Origin: Phoronis australis
Taxonomy: Eukaryota; Animalia; Phoronida
Assembly: GCA_002633005.1 (NCBI GenBank)
Contig: NMRA01000094.1
Location: forward strand, 969,915 to 1,033,914
Direction of reading: 5' to 3'
DNA length: 64,000 nt
The translations under genes were made by a program, and so were the position numbers. This document shows positions 40,158-53,890 of this stretch, in pieces. How positions within the stretch are numbered: position 1 is the stretch's first letter; each line of letters opens with the position of its first letter. The notes under the pieces are model-generated. The model made no database searches and was not told where the DNA came from. It saw only the letters and a program-made list of their open reading frames with translations.

Positions 40158-40809
40158 NNNNNNNNNNNNNNNNNNNNNNNNNNNNNNNNNNNNNNNNNNN
40201 NNNNNNNNNNNNNNNNNNNNNNNNNNNNNNNNNNNNNNNNNNNNNNNNNNNNNNNNNNNNNNNNNNNNNNNNNNNNNNNNNNNNNNNNNNNNNNNNNNNN
40301 NNNNNNNNNNNNNNNNNNNNNNNNNNNNNNNNNNNNNNNNNNNNNNNNNNNNNNNNNNNNNNNNNNNNNNNNNNNNNNNNNNNNNNNNNNNNNNNNNNNN
40401 NNNNNNNNNNNNNNNNNNNNNNNNNNNNNNNNNNNNNNNNNNNNNNNNNNNNNNNNNNNNNNNNNNNNNNNNNNNNNNNNNNNNNNNNNNNNNNNNNNNN
40501 NNNNNNNNNNNNNNNNNNNNNNNNNNNNNNNNNNNNNNNNNNNNNNNNNNNNNNNNNNNNNNNNNNNNNNNNNNNNNNNNNNNNNNNNNNNNNNNNNNNN
40601 NNNNNNNNNNNNNNNNNNNNNNNNNNNNNNNNNNNNNNNNNNNNNNNNNNNNNNNNNNNNNNNNNNNNNNNNNNNNNNNNNNNNNNNNNNNNNNNNNNNN
40701 NNNNNNNNNNNNNNNNNNNNNNNNNNNNNNNNNNNNNNNNNNNNNNNNNNNNNNNNNNNNNNNNNNNNNNNNNNNNNNNNNNNNNNNNNNNNNNNNNNNN
40801 NNNNNNNNN
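40158..40809. other. Largest assembly gap (others: 11645-11921, 30908-30968, 32889-33128, 52744-52930, 59681-59784)
   Basis: Runs of N. Confidence 1.
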
Positions 40810-41063
40810 GAAGTTCAATGGCATAGCAACTTCACCGTTCGAAATAAAGTTGTTACAAAGTTTTTGTTGCGTAAATGATGAAATCCTTCATGTTAAGAGT
40901 GATTTGTTTTCCCAAATGGTCTTTTGTCTACTTTTTGATGTTTTTTGCCATGATACGATCTAATAGTACATGGGTAGCATCCAGCACTGAAGTGGGGGAG
41001 CTATAGCCTCCCCCAACCCCCTGTCACTGTCAGGCAATGATGTGTTGCCCATGTAGTAGTATT

Positions 41064-41230
41064 CAGGGGCAGATCTAGGATTTTTAGATAGGAGGGGGGG
41101 CAGGGCAGAATATTATGCAGGATTTTACCCGTAAGATATTTGCACCCTCAAACTGCCAAATGAAGTTTTAGGAGGGCCACGGGCCAGCTAGGCCAGCTAG
41201 ACCCCCTTGCCCCCCCCAAATCCACCAATG
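41064..41230. mobile_element. Short CAGGGGCAGATCTAG-type hAT-like MITE
   Basis: Terminal motifs resemble 9801-9962 in the opposite orientation. Confidence 0.55.
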
Positions 41231-43105
41231 TGATCTTGTGATTTGATGTGGAATTTCCTCCTAGCTCAGATGTATTTATTTCTGAGCTGATGTGGTGTCT
41301 TTGCTCTTTTAAGCTGTGTAATCCATTGTTTTCACCAAACACGATGAGCCTTGTTCTATATGCTATAACAACACACTTAAACAGCAATATCTCTGTAGAA
41401 ATCGATCCAAATTTTATATAATACACACCACAATGTTTGTCCCAATGAGTCGAATCTTTTTATATGCAGCACATGTGTATTCTTTTATTTTTTACGAAAT
41501 TATGTAAAAAGGCAGATATTTTGCGCATAAACGTCGCACTTCAACGGCCATTTTCTTGTCAACCGCTCATCCAATTTTTCTGATTTTTGCACCATTTCAT
41601 TTCTCACACCAAGGGCTTTTCAAAAATGTATGACACATGAGTATTGTAAAAAAATTTAAAAAACGATGTCCTCCCTACTAAAGTTTTCCTGACGTAATAT
41701 GGAGGAACAAGTAGCAGCATTTCACCTGTTCCAATTTTTTTATACTTGTGACCATTTGACCATTTTTCCACGAAATTGCCTGAAGTGATACCATTTTCAC
41801 CAATATGGACCTGATAAACAACTCCTGCTTTTTTTCGCGGTTTCGTGCTAACAGGGTCACTATAGGATCGAATTCGAATCCTTGGCACCTTAACTCAGGC
41901 AGGGGATAGACGAGTCTCGGTCAATTTGACCTTATGAAAAGCGACGTTCTATAGAAGTCGGTGGATTAGTTAAGTTTTTGACCGCCACATGACTCCTTCC
42001 ATTCAACATGGCGGTATTACTACCGCGTACCGGGAAATGGTGCGAGCAGAAATTTCACGATAAAATATTAAAAGAACGGGGTAGGAATAATTTCTGTGTA
42101 CTTTTGGAAAGATAACTTTGCAAGGAATCAAACGATACAAAAATCATATGTGTAAGTCAATGTTGTCGTATTGTAAACAATTACCGGACTCCATTTATGT
42201 GCATACTTGATATTAATATTTTTTTAATCCTCTCGCCATGGTGATTCCAAAAATGTAGACTCCGGTGACCTGAAATCGTGAATATAAGCATAAAAAGAAG
42301 TAGGCAATGACCATCGCCTCTGTTGGCCCGAACCAGAGGCGATGCAGCTCCTATAGGCGCTCTGTACGCCGGAAGCTTTTCGGCGAATTATGCCTCGCAC
42401 CGACTAAACCATCAAAGTCACATTGTTATAAATACCTTTTGCGCATAAAGGAACACCTTAGGAGGTTGTCGATGTGTTTAATTCCTTCCAACTCGAACAA
42501 ATACTCCCGTTATCAAACTTTTTCTTCGACAATACTAGCAAGCGAGACAGCGCGTGACGCGCAGTTCGCCATATTGATGGTGAACGCTATGTAAACAAAC
42601 GCATGGTGGCCTTATGGAAGCCTGGGAATTTCCAGAATAAAATTTGAAATTTTAAATTCTAACGAGGTTTTAAAATATTGGTAACATAAGGCAATGTAAA
42701 CCTGTGACCCACGCATTTCTTAAACGGTCATATAAGCCATTGCAAAGACAAAATTACTAATCACTTTGACTGAAATTCTCACAGAGAGCTGCTAGGGCCT
42801 GGGAGGTTTTGCTGGCTCAATCGAAAAGGCAATCGCTGTAATATATGAAATTAAGAAAATGATATACTGTGATAACCTTTTTCGTCATTCTAATTGTATG
42901 GTACCTATTTTTCAGTTGTTTTGTAAACCGACAAGACGATCAGCTGTCAAGGGGGCTGCTCTCCGGCGCGCCATTACATCACTGCATTCCTAAAGTTTTT
43001 AGTATGGGTCTAAAAATTCCTTGACCCGACGCCACTTGATTTATTCTAAAAAAATTTGAGGCATGCATTCGTGTGAAACACTTGAACACTAAGTAGAAAA
43101 GATTA

Positions 43106-44487
43106 CCGTATTCACCGTAATAAGAGCCCATGCCCCTAAAAACGCCCCCCCACGCGTTTTCAGACTTTGCTGAAATAAGCGCCCACTCCATGAACGTGTA
43201 CATGCGAACAATGACGTACCTACAGTCCTAAAACTCGGCTATAACAGTAACGTCTTCAATTTATCAAAAAAGTTTTGCACGGGTCTTCTAGACCACCAGC
43301 AGCACTGCTACGTTTGTGTTGCCGTGACTATACACTTCAAAGTAACGCAGCGCTTCAAAAAGAACGCAACAGCGTTGCTACTCTCGCGACGACCGTGTCC
43401 CGCTTTGGTCTGACCTTTCAGTACAGACACGTCGACTGCCCCATGAATAGAAATAACTCGGTGTTAAACGCACGTGGCCAGGAAGCGTGCGCTGCATATA
43501 TGAACCTGTCGTCAAAGACATTAGTCGGGAACTATTCATTCATGAAACGGGTTGCATAGCATCGGCAAGAAATGAATATTGGCACTAATTTCCCACAATT
43601 TCTAATACTATAAAACATGTTTGCGTTATTTTTTAGATGGATTGTTTGATTAACCATAATTGGTGTTTTAAGCCAAATATCCGATAAAATGACAACTGAC
43701 AATGAATGCTTACACCGAAAAATAACTGTCAGATAGTTACGTACGCAACCAGCTACACGGCGACTAATATGGGCCCTACCGAAACAAATGACGAACGTTT
43801 TTAGCACATGAGACCGGCAAGTGCTGAATGAAACACTCTCTGGTTTAGGCCTACTGCTTGTGCAAATATCTTTAGACACAATGCACATCTAACTCGTTAG
43901 ATTGCGTGGCTCTGGCCAAAAGACGGTCTCTGCTTTGGCAAATGAACTCTGGTGACACGCACTCGCTTACTCGCAGACGAACTTCAAAACAAACGTCACG
44001 TGACAACAACGTGTGTTCGTCCAGACATTTTTCTCGCCGTGTTGCCGATCATACATGTAGATGGCACGATGTTGCACAGATTTGTACTTTAACCTGCCGT
44101 TAATCCAGACTCCACGGGAACGCTATTTAGAAAACTTAATGAGGATGTCGGGTAATTTGCTTGAGTCAAGACTATTTTTATTAAAGCATTGAAGTCGCCA
44201 TATCGAAGACTGCGATTTCGAGGCAGTCGGGGAGTTTTCGCTCGATTTCAGCTCAATTTTCTGTAAAATGATCGTAATTTAGAAGCAAAGTTTGATAGCA
44301 ATGCACCACAGTTTTGTTGGAAGTCTTTCGTAGATTACAGATATGTCACAGAGCGTAAATTTGATGAAATTTAGCTTCCGATTTCACCCGTTTCGGAGAC
44401 CGGGTTTCAACCGCCTTGGGTTATAATAAGCGCCCCCCTGAACCGAAGTTTTCTAAGCGCCCTGGGCGGTTATTACGGCGAATACGG
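43106..44487. mobile_element. pogo/Tigger (Tc1-mariner)-like non-autonomous element with TA TSD
   Basis: TA|CCGTATTCACCGTAATAAGAGCCC ... GGGCGGTTATTACGGCGAATACGG|TA; ~24-bp TIRs and repeated TAAGCGCCC subterminal motifs; no transposase ORF. Confidence 0.85.
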
Positions 44488-44861
44488 TAATTTAAAGTTG
44501 GGAAGTGGCCACAAATTTTGATACAAATTTCAGGCGAATTATTTTTCGACTTTTATACTTGGTGTGGCGACTTGGGATTATTACCAGGTTGCCAAACACT
44601 ATCTGAAGTGGCAAATCGGTTGAGGTGCAAGTCACCAAATAGAGCACTATCCTTGGTTCACAATTATTTTATTTATTTTATGGAATCGGTCCATCTGGCA
44701 CCCTCGGCACTTTGACTGGTATACAAACAAGCTTGACTGTGGTAGCCAACATGCCTTGCAGTTAGTCCTGTCAGTGGTCACATTTTCCCTTCTGTTGTCC
44801 TGAGGAATATTTGTTTACACATTGCTAGTGGTCTGTATTTGTTGACATGTTTCTTTATAGA

Positions 44862-45030
44862 ATGGCTGACATAACACAGGAACCTAATGGTGACAGCAAT
44901 GAACAGCCAATGGATGCACAAGAAGAAGAAGGTCCAGCTTACGAAAGAACAGAACAGTATGACAAGCTTGTGGAAGCTGGTATCAATGAGAGTGTCGCTG
45001 AGGAACTAGACAGAAAACTTTATTTTACTG
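44862..45030 (+). CDS. SYNCRIP: SYNCRIP/hnRNP Q-R coding exon 1 (MADITQEPNG...RTEQYDKLVEAGINESVAEELD..., acidic/NURR domain)
   Basis: TTTATAG|A-ATG acceptor; CTG|GTAAGT donor; 169 nt, ends in phase 1. Confidence 0.9.
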
Positions 45031-46440
45031 GTAAGTCCACTGGTTCTGTGTTTTGTTTGTTTGTTTGTTTATTTGTTTGTTGTCATGGTTTGACCTGTTG
45101 CTAATTGTTAGTCATATTATGATGTGGTATAATGTTACCAATTAAAGATGGAATGTGGCCAACATGTGAAAGGTAGCACCAAAATGATATTCTGCCATGT
45201 TCAAGTTGTGTACCATAGCTACCAACAGACACATATTTTGAATGTTTGTGGGCATTCAAAATATTGTCAGGAGAACAGGAAAAAATGAAAAAGGGCAATA
45301 CTGGCAATTACTGGCAATACTGGCTATTAGTTTTGTCCGTAAGTGTTGAGATTTTGCCATAATAATACATTCGGATTCTCTGAAATATTTAAATTTTTGA
45401 CTAGCACTTAAGTTGCATGTGAAGAGAACAAACAGTGTAGCAGAAAGTTGAAGTTTAGTTTGTTAGTAAGGTAATAAGGAAGTAAGACGGGATTTTATGA
45501 GAGTTGAGTGTTCACTACTGAAACCTTAAATATGAAAGTGCGTCAACGCCAATAATTGTGCCAGAAGTGAGTCTGGCCAAACGTTTACTACAGTGCAGGT
45601 TTAAGTTTACTTGCCCTGTTGCTAACTTTTCATTCTTTTATTTTCAATGTCAAATTGGTGCTTAGCCTTATTTAACGCAGTAAATACATAGTATACAGCA
45701 GTATTCTCCACAACAGAATTTTGAAACTCCGGGGAAGTTGTTCATTAGGTTTTAGATGTACGTACAATTCTATAGTAGCGAACATTTTTTAGCTTTGGAT
45801 TAGGGGGAATTAGTGATTTAAATGAGTATACTATTAAAGCTGGTATTACAAGACACTTACTTATTGGTGGCATTTATAAGCAGAACAGTTATTACAGTTT
45901 TTTGAAGCACTATGCAGCGATTGTAAAACTTGATTTCTCATTGGTTAACAGAACAAAATATTCAGGCATTCCAATTGGTTGGAAAATACCATTCAAATAA
46001 TCCGATAGTCGATGTTGAGAAATGCATCAGTATAAAGGTCCATCTATTGTAAAGGCTTTTGTGATTTGCAGTTGTTGCAACCACAGGTTCAAACTAAATT
46101 GATACATTCCACACAAATTGTGTTTTTTGGCACACGCAAGATTACATGGCATCAACATTTTTCTGGCTCACTCCCATACCATATATATACATACACATAG
46201 ACCTACACATACATATATACATGTGTGCGTGCGTGTGTCGTTGAGAAAATTTTTTGTTGAAGAAGTCTATTGTTGGATTCTAGTCAGATATAATTTTCCC
46301 GCATTTTGAGAACTAGTTTTTTCCACTGAATCAACAGGGCATCAACTGGTTCTCAAAGTGTGGGCATGTTACATGCAGATATTGCCGTTGGTTGTTTGTT
46401 TGGCATGATTGTTGTTAGTATATGCTTGTTGTACTTTTAG

Positions 46441-46670
46441 AAATGCTTGTGGATGGTGATCTGGATGAGCGAGCATTGGACGCCCTGAAGGAGTTTGAAC
46501 TAGAAGATGCCAAGAAGGTGATAGAAGAATTTGCCAAAAGCAAACTGCAACATGTATCCAACAAGAGTGCCTACCTTTGTGGTGTCATGAAAGTGCACCG
46601 GCAGTTGGCCTTATCCAATGTGGCCAAGACTGCAGACACACAGAATGGTCCTGATGAAGCCAAATTAAAT
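46441..46670 (+). CDS. SYNCRIP: SYNCRIP coding exon 2 (DLDERALDALKEF...HVSNKSAYLCGVMK...GPDEAKL)
   Basis: Hallmark hnRNP Q/R N-terminal domain motifs; TTTTAG acceptor and GTACGT donor; 230 nt. Confidence 0.95.
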
Positions 46671-46743
46671 GTACGTACCTTATCCCTGCTTCTTGGGTGT
46701 CCAGCAGGAATCTGAAAAGAGCCAGAGTATGCTCAAAGACTGA

Positions 46744-46840
46744 GTTGTCACAACCAACTGTTGTCACAACCAACTGTTGTCACAACCAACTGTTGTCACA
46801 ACCAACTGTCGTCTCAACCAACTGTTGTCACAACCAACTC
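46744..46840. repeat. 16-bp tandem repeat x6 (TTGTCACAACCAACTG)
   Basis: Direct inspection. Confidence 0.92.
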
Positions 46841-47049
46841 CTTACCAATGTTCTTTATACCTGAAACCACAGAGAAAACCAGCAGCAATATCTGACGACT
46901 TAGCACTAAACACAATAGACGATGACTGGTTGTTCCGATTCTGCGTTTTAGGTATCGACCAATAAATGCTCTTCTCTCGAGATCAGCTAATTAACATGTC
47001 GTCAGATGGTGTTTGCCAGTGTTCTAACTTGACAGCTGCTCTTCTGGGG

Positions 47050-47495
47050 AGGTTGTTTTTTGGAAGATGATTTTCCGACTTCGACTACTGTGGTGCCTCC
47101 TAGTGGCAGTTTATCTTTTTTGCACCAATACCTGTATCTTCTAAGCCCTCTGCAGAGTCTATTAAATTTAGCACATGTAATTATATGAAGTTGACAACGG
47201 AGGACGACGATTTTCTGACGGATCCAACGAACACTCTGCCACCTAGTGACAATTTCATTTTTTTCCGTTTTCTTTTTCTCCAAAGTTCCGTGGTGGATTT
47301 TCATGAAGTGTGGTAATTAGCTTTCTGCTAAAGAAACAGTGACATTTTCCTGTTTTTTTGTTTTTTTTTTTGATAAATTCAAAGTATTTTGCACCATCTA
47401 GTGGCCTTTTTTATGATATAAATAAACACCACTAGAAGCACACCGTTTGCGGTGCATTCGTGGGCGTATTTCAATGCTCTGTGTTGCTCTTGTTT
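47050..47495 (-). mobile_element. HINE-like family B copy (inverted, partial)
   Basis: Ends TTGCTCTTGTT; reverse complement of ~26063-26500. Confidence 0.75.
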
Positions 47496-47549
47496 GTTTC
47501 TTATCAACATCACGTTTCCAAATTTTTTTAATAGGCATTTGATTTTCAG

Positions 47550-47660
47550 GCTATCCTCGAGCGTACTGGCTATTCGATGGAGGTGACCACAGGTCAGAGG
47601 AAGTATGGCGGTCCACCCCCCAATTGGGGAGACCAACCACAGCCTGGTGCTGGACACGAG
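47550..47660 (+). CDS. SYNCRIP: SYNCRIP coding exon 3 ([37 protein letters not shown])
   Basis: Manual translation; [10 protein letters not shown] signature; TTTCAG acceptor and GAG|GTAGTC donor; 111 nt. Confidence 0.95.
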
Positions 47661-48082
47661 GTAGTCATGCTAAATGACCAGTTTGAATGAAAGGGCAGTG
47701 TTTGTGCACACGACTGAATGTTCTGTTTGTTAACTTTCATTGACGAGGTTTGTGAAAAGCTGTAAAAAATTTAAGTCTTGTTTACAGTAGTTTTTCGCGT
47801 TTGTAGTTAGAAGCTTAATATGTAGATGCAGTGGACTGTCATAGGGCCATGTTTTCTGCGTTACATTTTAATGCTTTTACTGTCTATGACTTCTGGAACA
47901 CCCTGGGAAGGACGTAGTTCATCATAGTGGACAGAACGGCTGGTCTCGTGGTTTATTTATTTTAAATGCTTCTAGCTCTACTCATCGCCGGAGCATGTGT
48001 CCTGGTTGTTTCCTCAGGAAACATGGTTATGAATATTCCAGCTTGTGTTTCTTTTTGTGTACATCATCTTCCTACCTTTCAG

Positions 48083-48259
48083 GTGTTTGTTGGTAAGATC
48101 CCACGTGACATGTTTGAAGATGAGCTAATCCCCCTGTTTGAGGAATCAGGCACCATCTGGGACTTGAGGATCATGATGAACCCTGCAACCAAGCTGAACA
48201 GAGGCTATGGTTTTGTTACATTCTGTGACAAAGAGGCTGCCAATGCAGCTGTAGCGAAG
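48083..48259 (+). CDS. SYNCRIP: SYNCRIP coding exon 4 (RRM1: VFVGKIPRDMFEDELIPLFE...NRGYGFVTF)
   Basis: RNP2 and RNP1 motifs; canonical splice sites; 177 nt. Confidence 0.96.
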
Positions 48260-48404
48260 GTAAACTATAGTTGTACCCTGTGTGTGCGTGGGTGCGTCAT
48301 TAATCTCATCTGTATTGAGCTTTTACTTGATACTGCTTTTTGTTTAACCTCTGCATAAGAGCAATCCAGATGTTACGCAATAAAAAGTGTGTCAATCTGG
48401 TGAT

Positions 48405-49145
48405 TGTACAAAAGACTGGGTACGTGTGTGACAGATAGTAGCTTGTACAAGAGACTGGATTCGTGTGTGACAGGTAGTTGCTTGTACAAGAGAATGGGCA
48501 CGTGTGTGACAGGTAGTAGCTTGTACAAGAAACAGGGTGTGTGTGTGACAGGTACAAGGCTTGGAATTTTCCGCGGAAACGCGGATTTCTGCTTTTTTCA
48601 AATGTTCTATCCACGTATGTTATATTTCTGCGTAAAAAAATCGGATTTGATATAAAATTTCCGTGGCAAATTTCTTTCTTACCGCGGCGTTGCCGACGAC
48701 TTTCACCTCGAAAAGCGGAAGTTGCTCTTTATGTTGGGAGGAACGTCAATTGTCAACATTGCCGGAGCATCTGGAATAGCATGGTGGATTTCTTCAATGG
48801 CGTCTCGTGTGATTGTAAACCGCGGTGACAAATACTACGACTCTGCAGCCAAAAATGTGAGGAGGTGGGAGTGGACGGACGAGCTAAAAAGACGCCGATG
48901 CACGCTCCTGGAGGTGGTGCTGTTTTTTTTTTTTAGTCCAGATTTTTGTCGCCATAAGGGTCCACATCGACTATTTCAAGGCTGGGTGCGCGCATGTTTT
49001 GGGCCGTAAAAATTTACGCTTTTCTTGTCACTGGTCATTCCAAGCCCTGTAGGTAGTAGCTTGTACAAGAGAATGGGTACGTGTGTGACAGGTAGTAGCT
49101 TGTACAAGAGAATGGGTACGTGTGTGACATGTAATAGCTTGTACA
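48405..49145. repeat. ~39-bp tandem array (GTAGCTTGTACAAGAGAATGGGTACGTGTGTGACAGGTA) split by a MITE insertion
   Basis: Units at 48405-48554 resume in register at 49050-49145. Confidence 0.88.
48555..49049 (+). mobile_element. CAGGGCTTGGAAT MITE, copy 1
   Basis: 13-bp TIRs; flanks CAGGTA and TAGGTA. Confidence 0.85.
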
Positions 49146-49194
49146 CATCAACTCGTGACTGCACCTTATTAAAGTCTATTTATATCTTTTTCAG

Positions 49195-49330
49195 TTGGAT
49201 GGTCATGAGCTGTCTAATGGCCGCACTCTGAAAGTGAACATCTCAGTGGGCAATGTGCGTGTATTTGTTGGCAACATCCCTAAGGCAAAGTCTAAAGAAG
49301 AGATTCAGGAAGAATTCAACAAGATTGTTG
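49195..49330 (+). CDS. SYNCRIP: SYNCRIP coding exon 5 (end of RRM1, start of RRM2: VFVGNIPKAKSKEEI)
   Basis: TTTCAG acceptor and TTG|GTCAGT donor; 136 nt, phase 0 to 1. Confidence 0.94.
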
Positions 49331-49344
49331 GTCAGTTATTACCT

Positions 49345-51417
49345 TTTTTATGCGCCCACTTATACATATGTGGTTCATTGTCTGCAGCTGTAAAACCAAC
49401 CATAAACTTCTCGCGATATCATTTTTAATTTTTAGTTAATTGTTTCCTGTGAACTTCAAACGAATTTTGAAGAGATCAAAATGCTGATGTACCCCATAGT
49501 GGCAATTTTAGATTTTTACATTTGTCTGTCTGTTTTCTGAGTTTCTTGGCTGATTTTTATGCTCCCACATATTTATATGTGGTCGCATATTGCCATTATT
49601 TGTGTCCAGGCGTCCGGTGTCAGCAGCTGTATCTGCTAAACTCCTCACAGGATCTTGATGAGATTTGGTAGATGTGTTCCTACCAAGCTCACGACAGATG
49701 ACGACGAATTTCAAACCTCTCCGACTACCGGTGTGCCGCTAGTGGCAATTTAGTTTTCATGCTTACCTCTGTATCTTCGGAGGTCTTCAACAGATTTTCA
49801 TAAAATGTGGCAGATAGGCATCTATTAGTAAGGTGACGCTATAATCCGGTTTTCGATTGAATTGGAGACATTTTGTGCCACCTAGTGGCCATTTTTATGC
49901 GCCCTCATATTTATATATGCCGTCATCTCGGTCCATCCGTCCGGCGTCCGCTGCTCTATCTCCAAAACCCTTTGACATACGTTTATGAAATTAGGTGCAT
50001 ATGTTCCATTCACGAATGGGACGGCATGTGCGAACTTTCGGACGGATCCGACTACCGGTTTGCCCCCTAGTGGCAATTTTAGTTTTTTACGCTTACCTTT
50101 GTATCTTCAAAAGTCCTGACCGGATTTTCATGAAATTTGGTATGTAGGCACCTATTAGTGAGATGACGCTATCCTCCCGTTTTGGGATGGATAAGACGTA
50201 GTTTGCGCCACCTAGTGGCCATTTTTACTGTTTTCGAGTCTGTTTTTTTGCGTCCACCTCTATCAACCAAACCGCTCATAGTATGATTATGAAAATTGGC
50301 ATGTATGTGCTTACTATGAAGAGGACGGTTGACGATGATTTTCCGACGATTTCGATTACTGTGGCGCCTCCTAGTGGCAGTTTTTTTTTTTTTGCGCCTA
50401 TGGATGTATCTCCTAAACTGTTAGCAGGATCTTTACGAAATTAGTAACTATATTTACATGATGTTAAAAACAGACGACGATGACTACAGATCCGACCAGT
50501 GGTGTGCCTTCTAGTGGCAGTTTTTTTTTGCGCCTATGGTTGTATCTCCTAAACCGTTCGCAGGATCTTTACTTAATTTAGCAAGTGTATTTATATGATA
50601 TTGAGTACAGATGACAACAACTTTCGAACAGATCTGACTACTGCTGTGCCCCCTAGTGGCAATTTTAGTTTTTACGTTTAACTCAGTATCTTCAAAGGTC
50701 CTCAACAAATTTTCATAAAATTTTAAATATAGGCATCTATTAGTGTGATGACGCTGTCTTTCTGTTTTTGGATGGAATCGAGGTATTTTGCACCACCTAG
50801 TGGCCATTTTTGGTGTTTTCAAATCTTGTTTTTGGTGTCCACCCCTGTATCAACCAAATCATTTGAAAATTGGCATATATGTTTTCAGTGTGAAGATGAC
50901 CTTTGATGATGGTGACTGACTACTGTGGCGCCACCTAGTGGTAGTTTTGTTTTGCGCCCATAGTTGTATCTCTTAAACCCACTGTAGGATCTTTGCTAAA
51001 TTTAGTAAGTGTATTTATATGAAGATAACAACAGACGATGACGACTTTCAGGCGCATCCAACGGACACTGTGCCCACTAGTGACAATTTCATTTTATTCT
51101 GTTTTCCTTTGTTTCTCTGAAGTTCCTTGACAGATTTTTATGCAATACGGCATGTTCCTGTTTTTGGATGGATTGTATGTTTTTGCACCATCTAGTGGAC
51201 ATTTTTATGATACAAATAAATAACCCTAAAAGCACACCATTTGCTCTTGTTATGAAATTTGGTTAATAGCTTTCATGACACATACCAGTTTTCAGATGGG
51301 TTCAATGTATTTTGCGTCATCTGGTGGCCATTTCTACGTTCCAATAAACACCCCTAGAAGCACACCGTTTGTGGTGCATTCGTGGGCGCTTTTCAACGCT
51401 TCGCATTGCTCTTGTTA
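49345..51417 (-). mobile_element. Nested or tandem cluster of HINE-like family B elements
   Basis: Three TTTTTATGC+hairpin ends (~49345, 49554, 49892), many CTAGTGGC subrepeats, and TTGCTCTTGTT ends at ~51241 and ~51406. Confidence 0.7.
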
Positions 51418-53890
51418 CATTTATCTAAGGGCTGTTTCAGCAAAAAATGTATGGGAGGGGGGAAGGCATTTTTATTTCATACCCACCGCCCATATTTTTC
51501 ATTTATTTCTCCAACCCATGACCCATAATTTTTTGATTAATAGGTTAAAATATAAAATCCAACACTTGCAAACAAATTGCCTCTAGGATGACCTGTTAAG
51601 AACTTAGATGATCTACAGAAAAGAACTAGTTGTCTTGTCCGATATTGTCAAAAACTGAAGTAGCCAAGAGGGTGGTCGAATCAAAATGAAAATGACTTCT
51701 ATTAACGCATATCCCTGTTATACATTTTTGTGCCAAATTTCCAGTTGTGCCTAGCGCGTTTTTAGATAATCAACCTGTCTTGTCAAAAACTAACGAGGTG
51801 CCACAGTAGTTGAATTCAGCGTCCAAAAATTGACTGATTGCGGCACATTCTTGTGATATACTTCTGTTTCGAATTTCATCGTGATCAGTGAAGCAGTTTT
51901 TGAGATAACATACAAGGAATGGCTTGTCGTGAACTAAAGCGGCCAACATGGGGCACCAAGGTTCCAAATCCACCCAGAAATTGACTGGTGCAGGCGCATC
52001 TTTGCCAATTACCTCTATATCAAATTTCACCATGATCTGCCAAGTGGTTTTTGAGATAGTTGATGGACAAGAAATGATGACAGACGGACCGACCACAAAG
52101 TTTTTGTGGATGCAGAAAAATTCCGTGTGAGATCGCAACTAATATCAGTTACCAGAAACTTGCTTTTCAAAGACACCTGTGAGCAATACTTTTGGCAACC
52201 ACCAAGTGTCTCAGTGTTCTCCACATTATAAATTCCAAACTCGAGGCAAATGTTGAATGTCAGTTATTGACATTGTTTTGTGTCTACCCATAAGCATGGT
52301 CGTGCTGGAGGTATTTATATATGGTTTAAAACTGCACACTGCACTGGTGTGACCTACTTCTTACACACTTCAAAGTTTAGCTTTCCTACCAATGCATCTC
52401 ATAATTTCTCCAAAGCATTTGACAGACCAAGAGCATCAAACAAAAGATCCTTTAATAATACCAATGCCGATTTTAATATCAGTTAGACATATTAAGTACT
52501 ACTAACATGAGTTCTGATGTGACCTAGTTTTTAGTGACACCTGTTGTCAAGTTTAATAAGCTCATAAAGTTCTAACTTGCCACTAGATGTCAGTCAAAAT
52601 CAAAATTGTCTTTATTAAGCAAATTAAATTGCTTTTTTATAGGTTGACTTGCAAAATTTTAAAGTTAGAATGACAAAGTAGATTAGTCATTCAATTAAGC
52701 AAGCTAGGTGACTCCATGAAATGTTTGTTATTTAAAGTTTTTTNNNNNNNNNNNNNNNNNNNNNNNNNNNNNNNNNNNNNNNNNNNNNNNNNNNNNNNNN
52801 NNNNNNNNNNNNNNNNNNNNNNNNNNNNNNNNNNNNNNNNNNNNNNNNNNNNNNNNNNNNNNNNNNNNNNNNNNNNNNNNNNNNNNNNNNNNNNNNNNNN
52901 NNNNNNNNNNNNNNNNNNNNNNNNNNNNNNTTCAATGTATTTTGCGTCATCTGGTGGCCATTTCTACGTTCCAATAAACACCCCTAGAAGCACACCGTTT
53001 GTGGTGCATTCGTGGGCGCTTTTCAACGCTTCGCATTGCTCTTGTTACATTTATCTAAGAGCTGTTTCAGCAAAGAATGTATGGGAGGGGGGAAGGCATT
53101 TTTATTTCATACCCACCGCCCATATTTTTCATTTATTTCTCCAACCCATGACCCATAATTTTTTGATTAATAGGTTAAAATATAAAATTCAACACTTGCA
53201 AACAAATTGCCTCCAGGATGACCTGTTAAGAACTTAGATGATCTACAGAAAAGAACTAGTTGTCTTGTCCAATATTGTCAAAAACTGAAGTAGCCAAGAG
53301 GGTGGTCGAATCAAAATGAAAATGACTTCTATTAACGCATATCCCTGTTATATATTTTTGTGCCAAATTTCCAGTTGTGCCTAGCGCGTTTTTAGATAAT
53401 CAACCTGTCTTGTCAAAAACTAACGAGGTGCCACAGTAGTTGAATTCAGCGTCCAAAAATTGACTGATGGCGGCACATTCTTGTGATATACTTCTGTTTC
53501 GAATTTCATCGTGATCAGTGAAGCAGTTTTTGAGATAACATACAAGGAATGGCTTGTCGTGAACTAAAGCGGCCAACATGGGGCACCAAGGTTTCCATTT
53601 TGGACACCCTATGTTCGGAATCCTGGATGAAGCCCTGTTTCCAAATCCACCCGGAAATTGACTGGTGCAGGCGCATCTTTGCCAATTACCTCTATACCAA
53701 ATTTCATCATGATCTGCCAAGTGGTTCTTGAGATAGTTGATGGACAAGAAATGATGACAGACGGACCGACCACAAAGTTTTTGTGGATGCAGAAAAATTC
53801 CATGTGAGATCACAACTATTATCAGTTACCAGAAACTTGCTTTTCAAAGACACCTGTGAGCAATACTTTTGGCAGCCACCAGGTGTCTCT
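51301..53890. repeat. ~0.9-kb duplication (51301-52212 vs 52931-53890) beside the gap at 52744-52930; probably allelic haplotypes
   Basis: Near-identical copies with SNPs and one ~45-50-bp indel near 53592-53640. Confidence 0.75.

Noticed and set aside
40018-40963. Long ORFs of mostly X (also 11472-11936, 32711-33238, 52716-53237, 59448-59956)
   Set aside because: Artefacts of translating through N gaps.
41430-42720. CpG-rich blocks with AACATGGCG/GCCATATTG motifs as extra promoters
   Set aside because: They resemble interiors of non-autonomous transposons, but I could not define termini or exons, so they are left uncalled.
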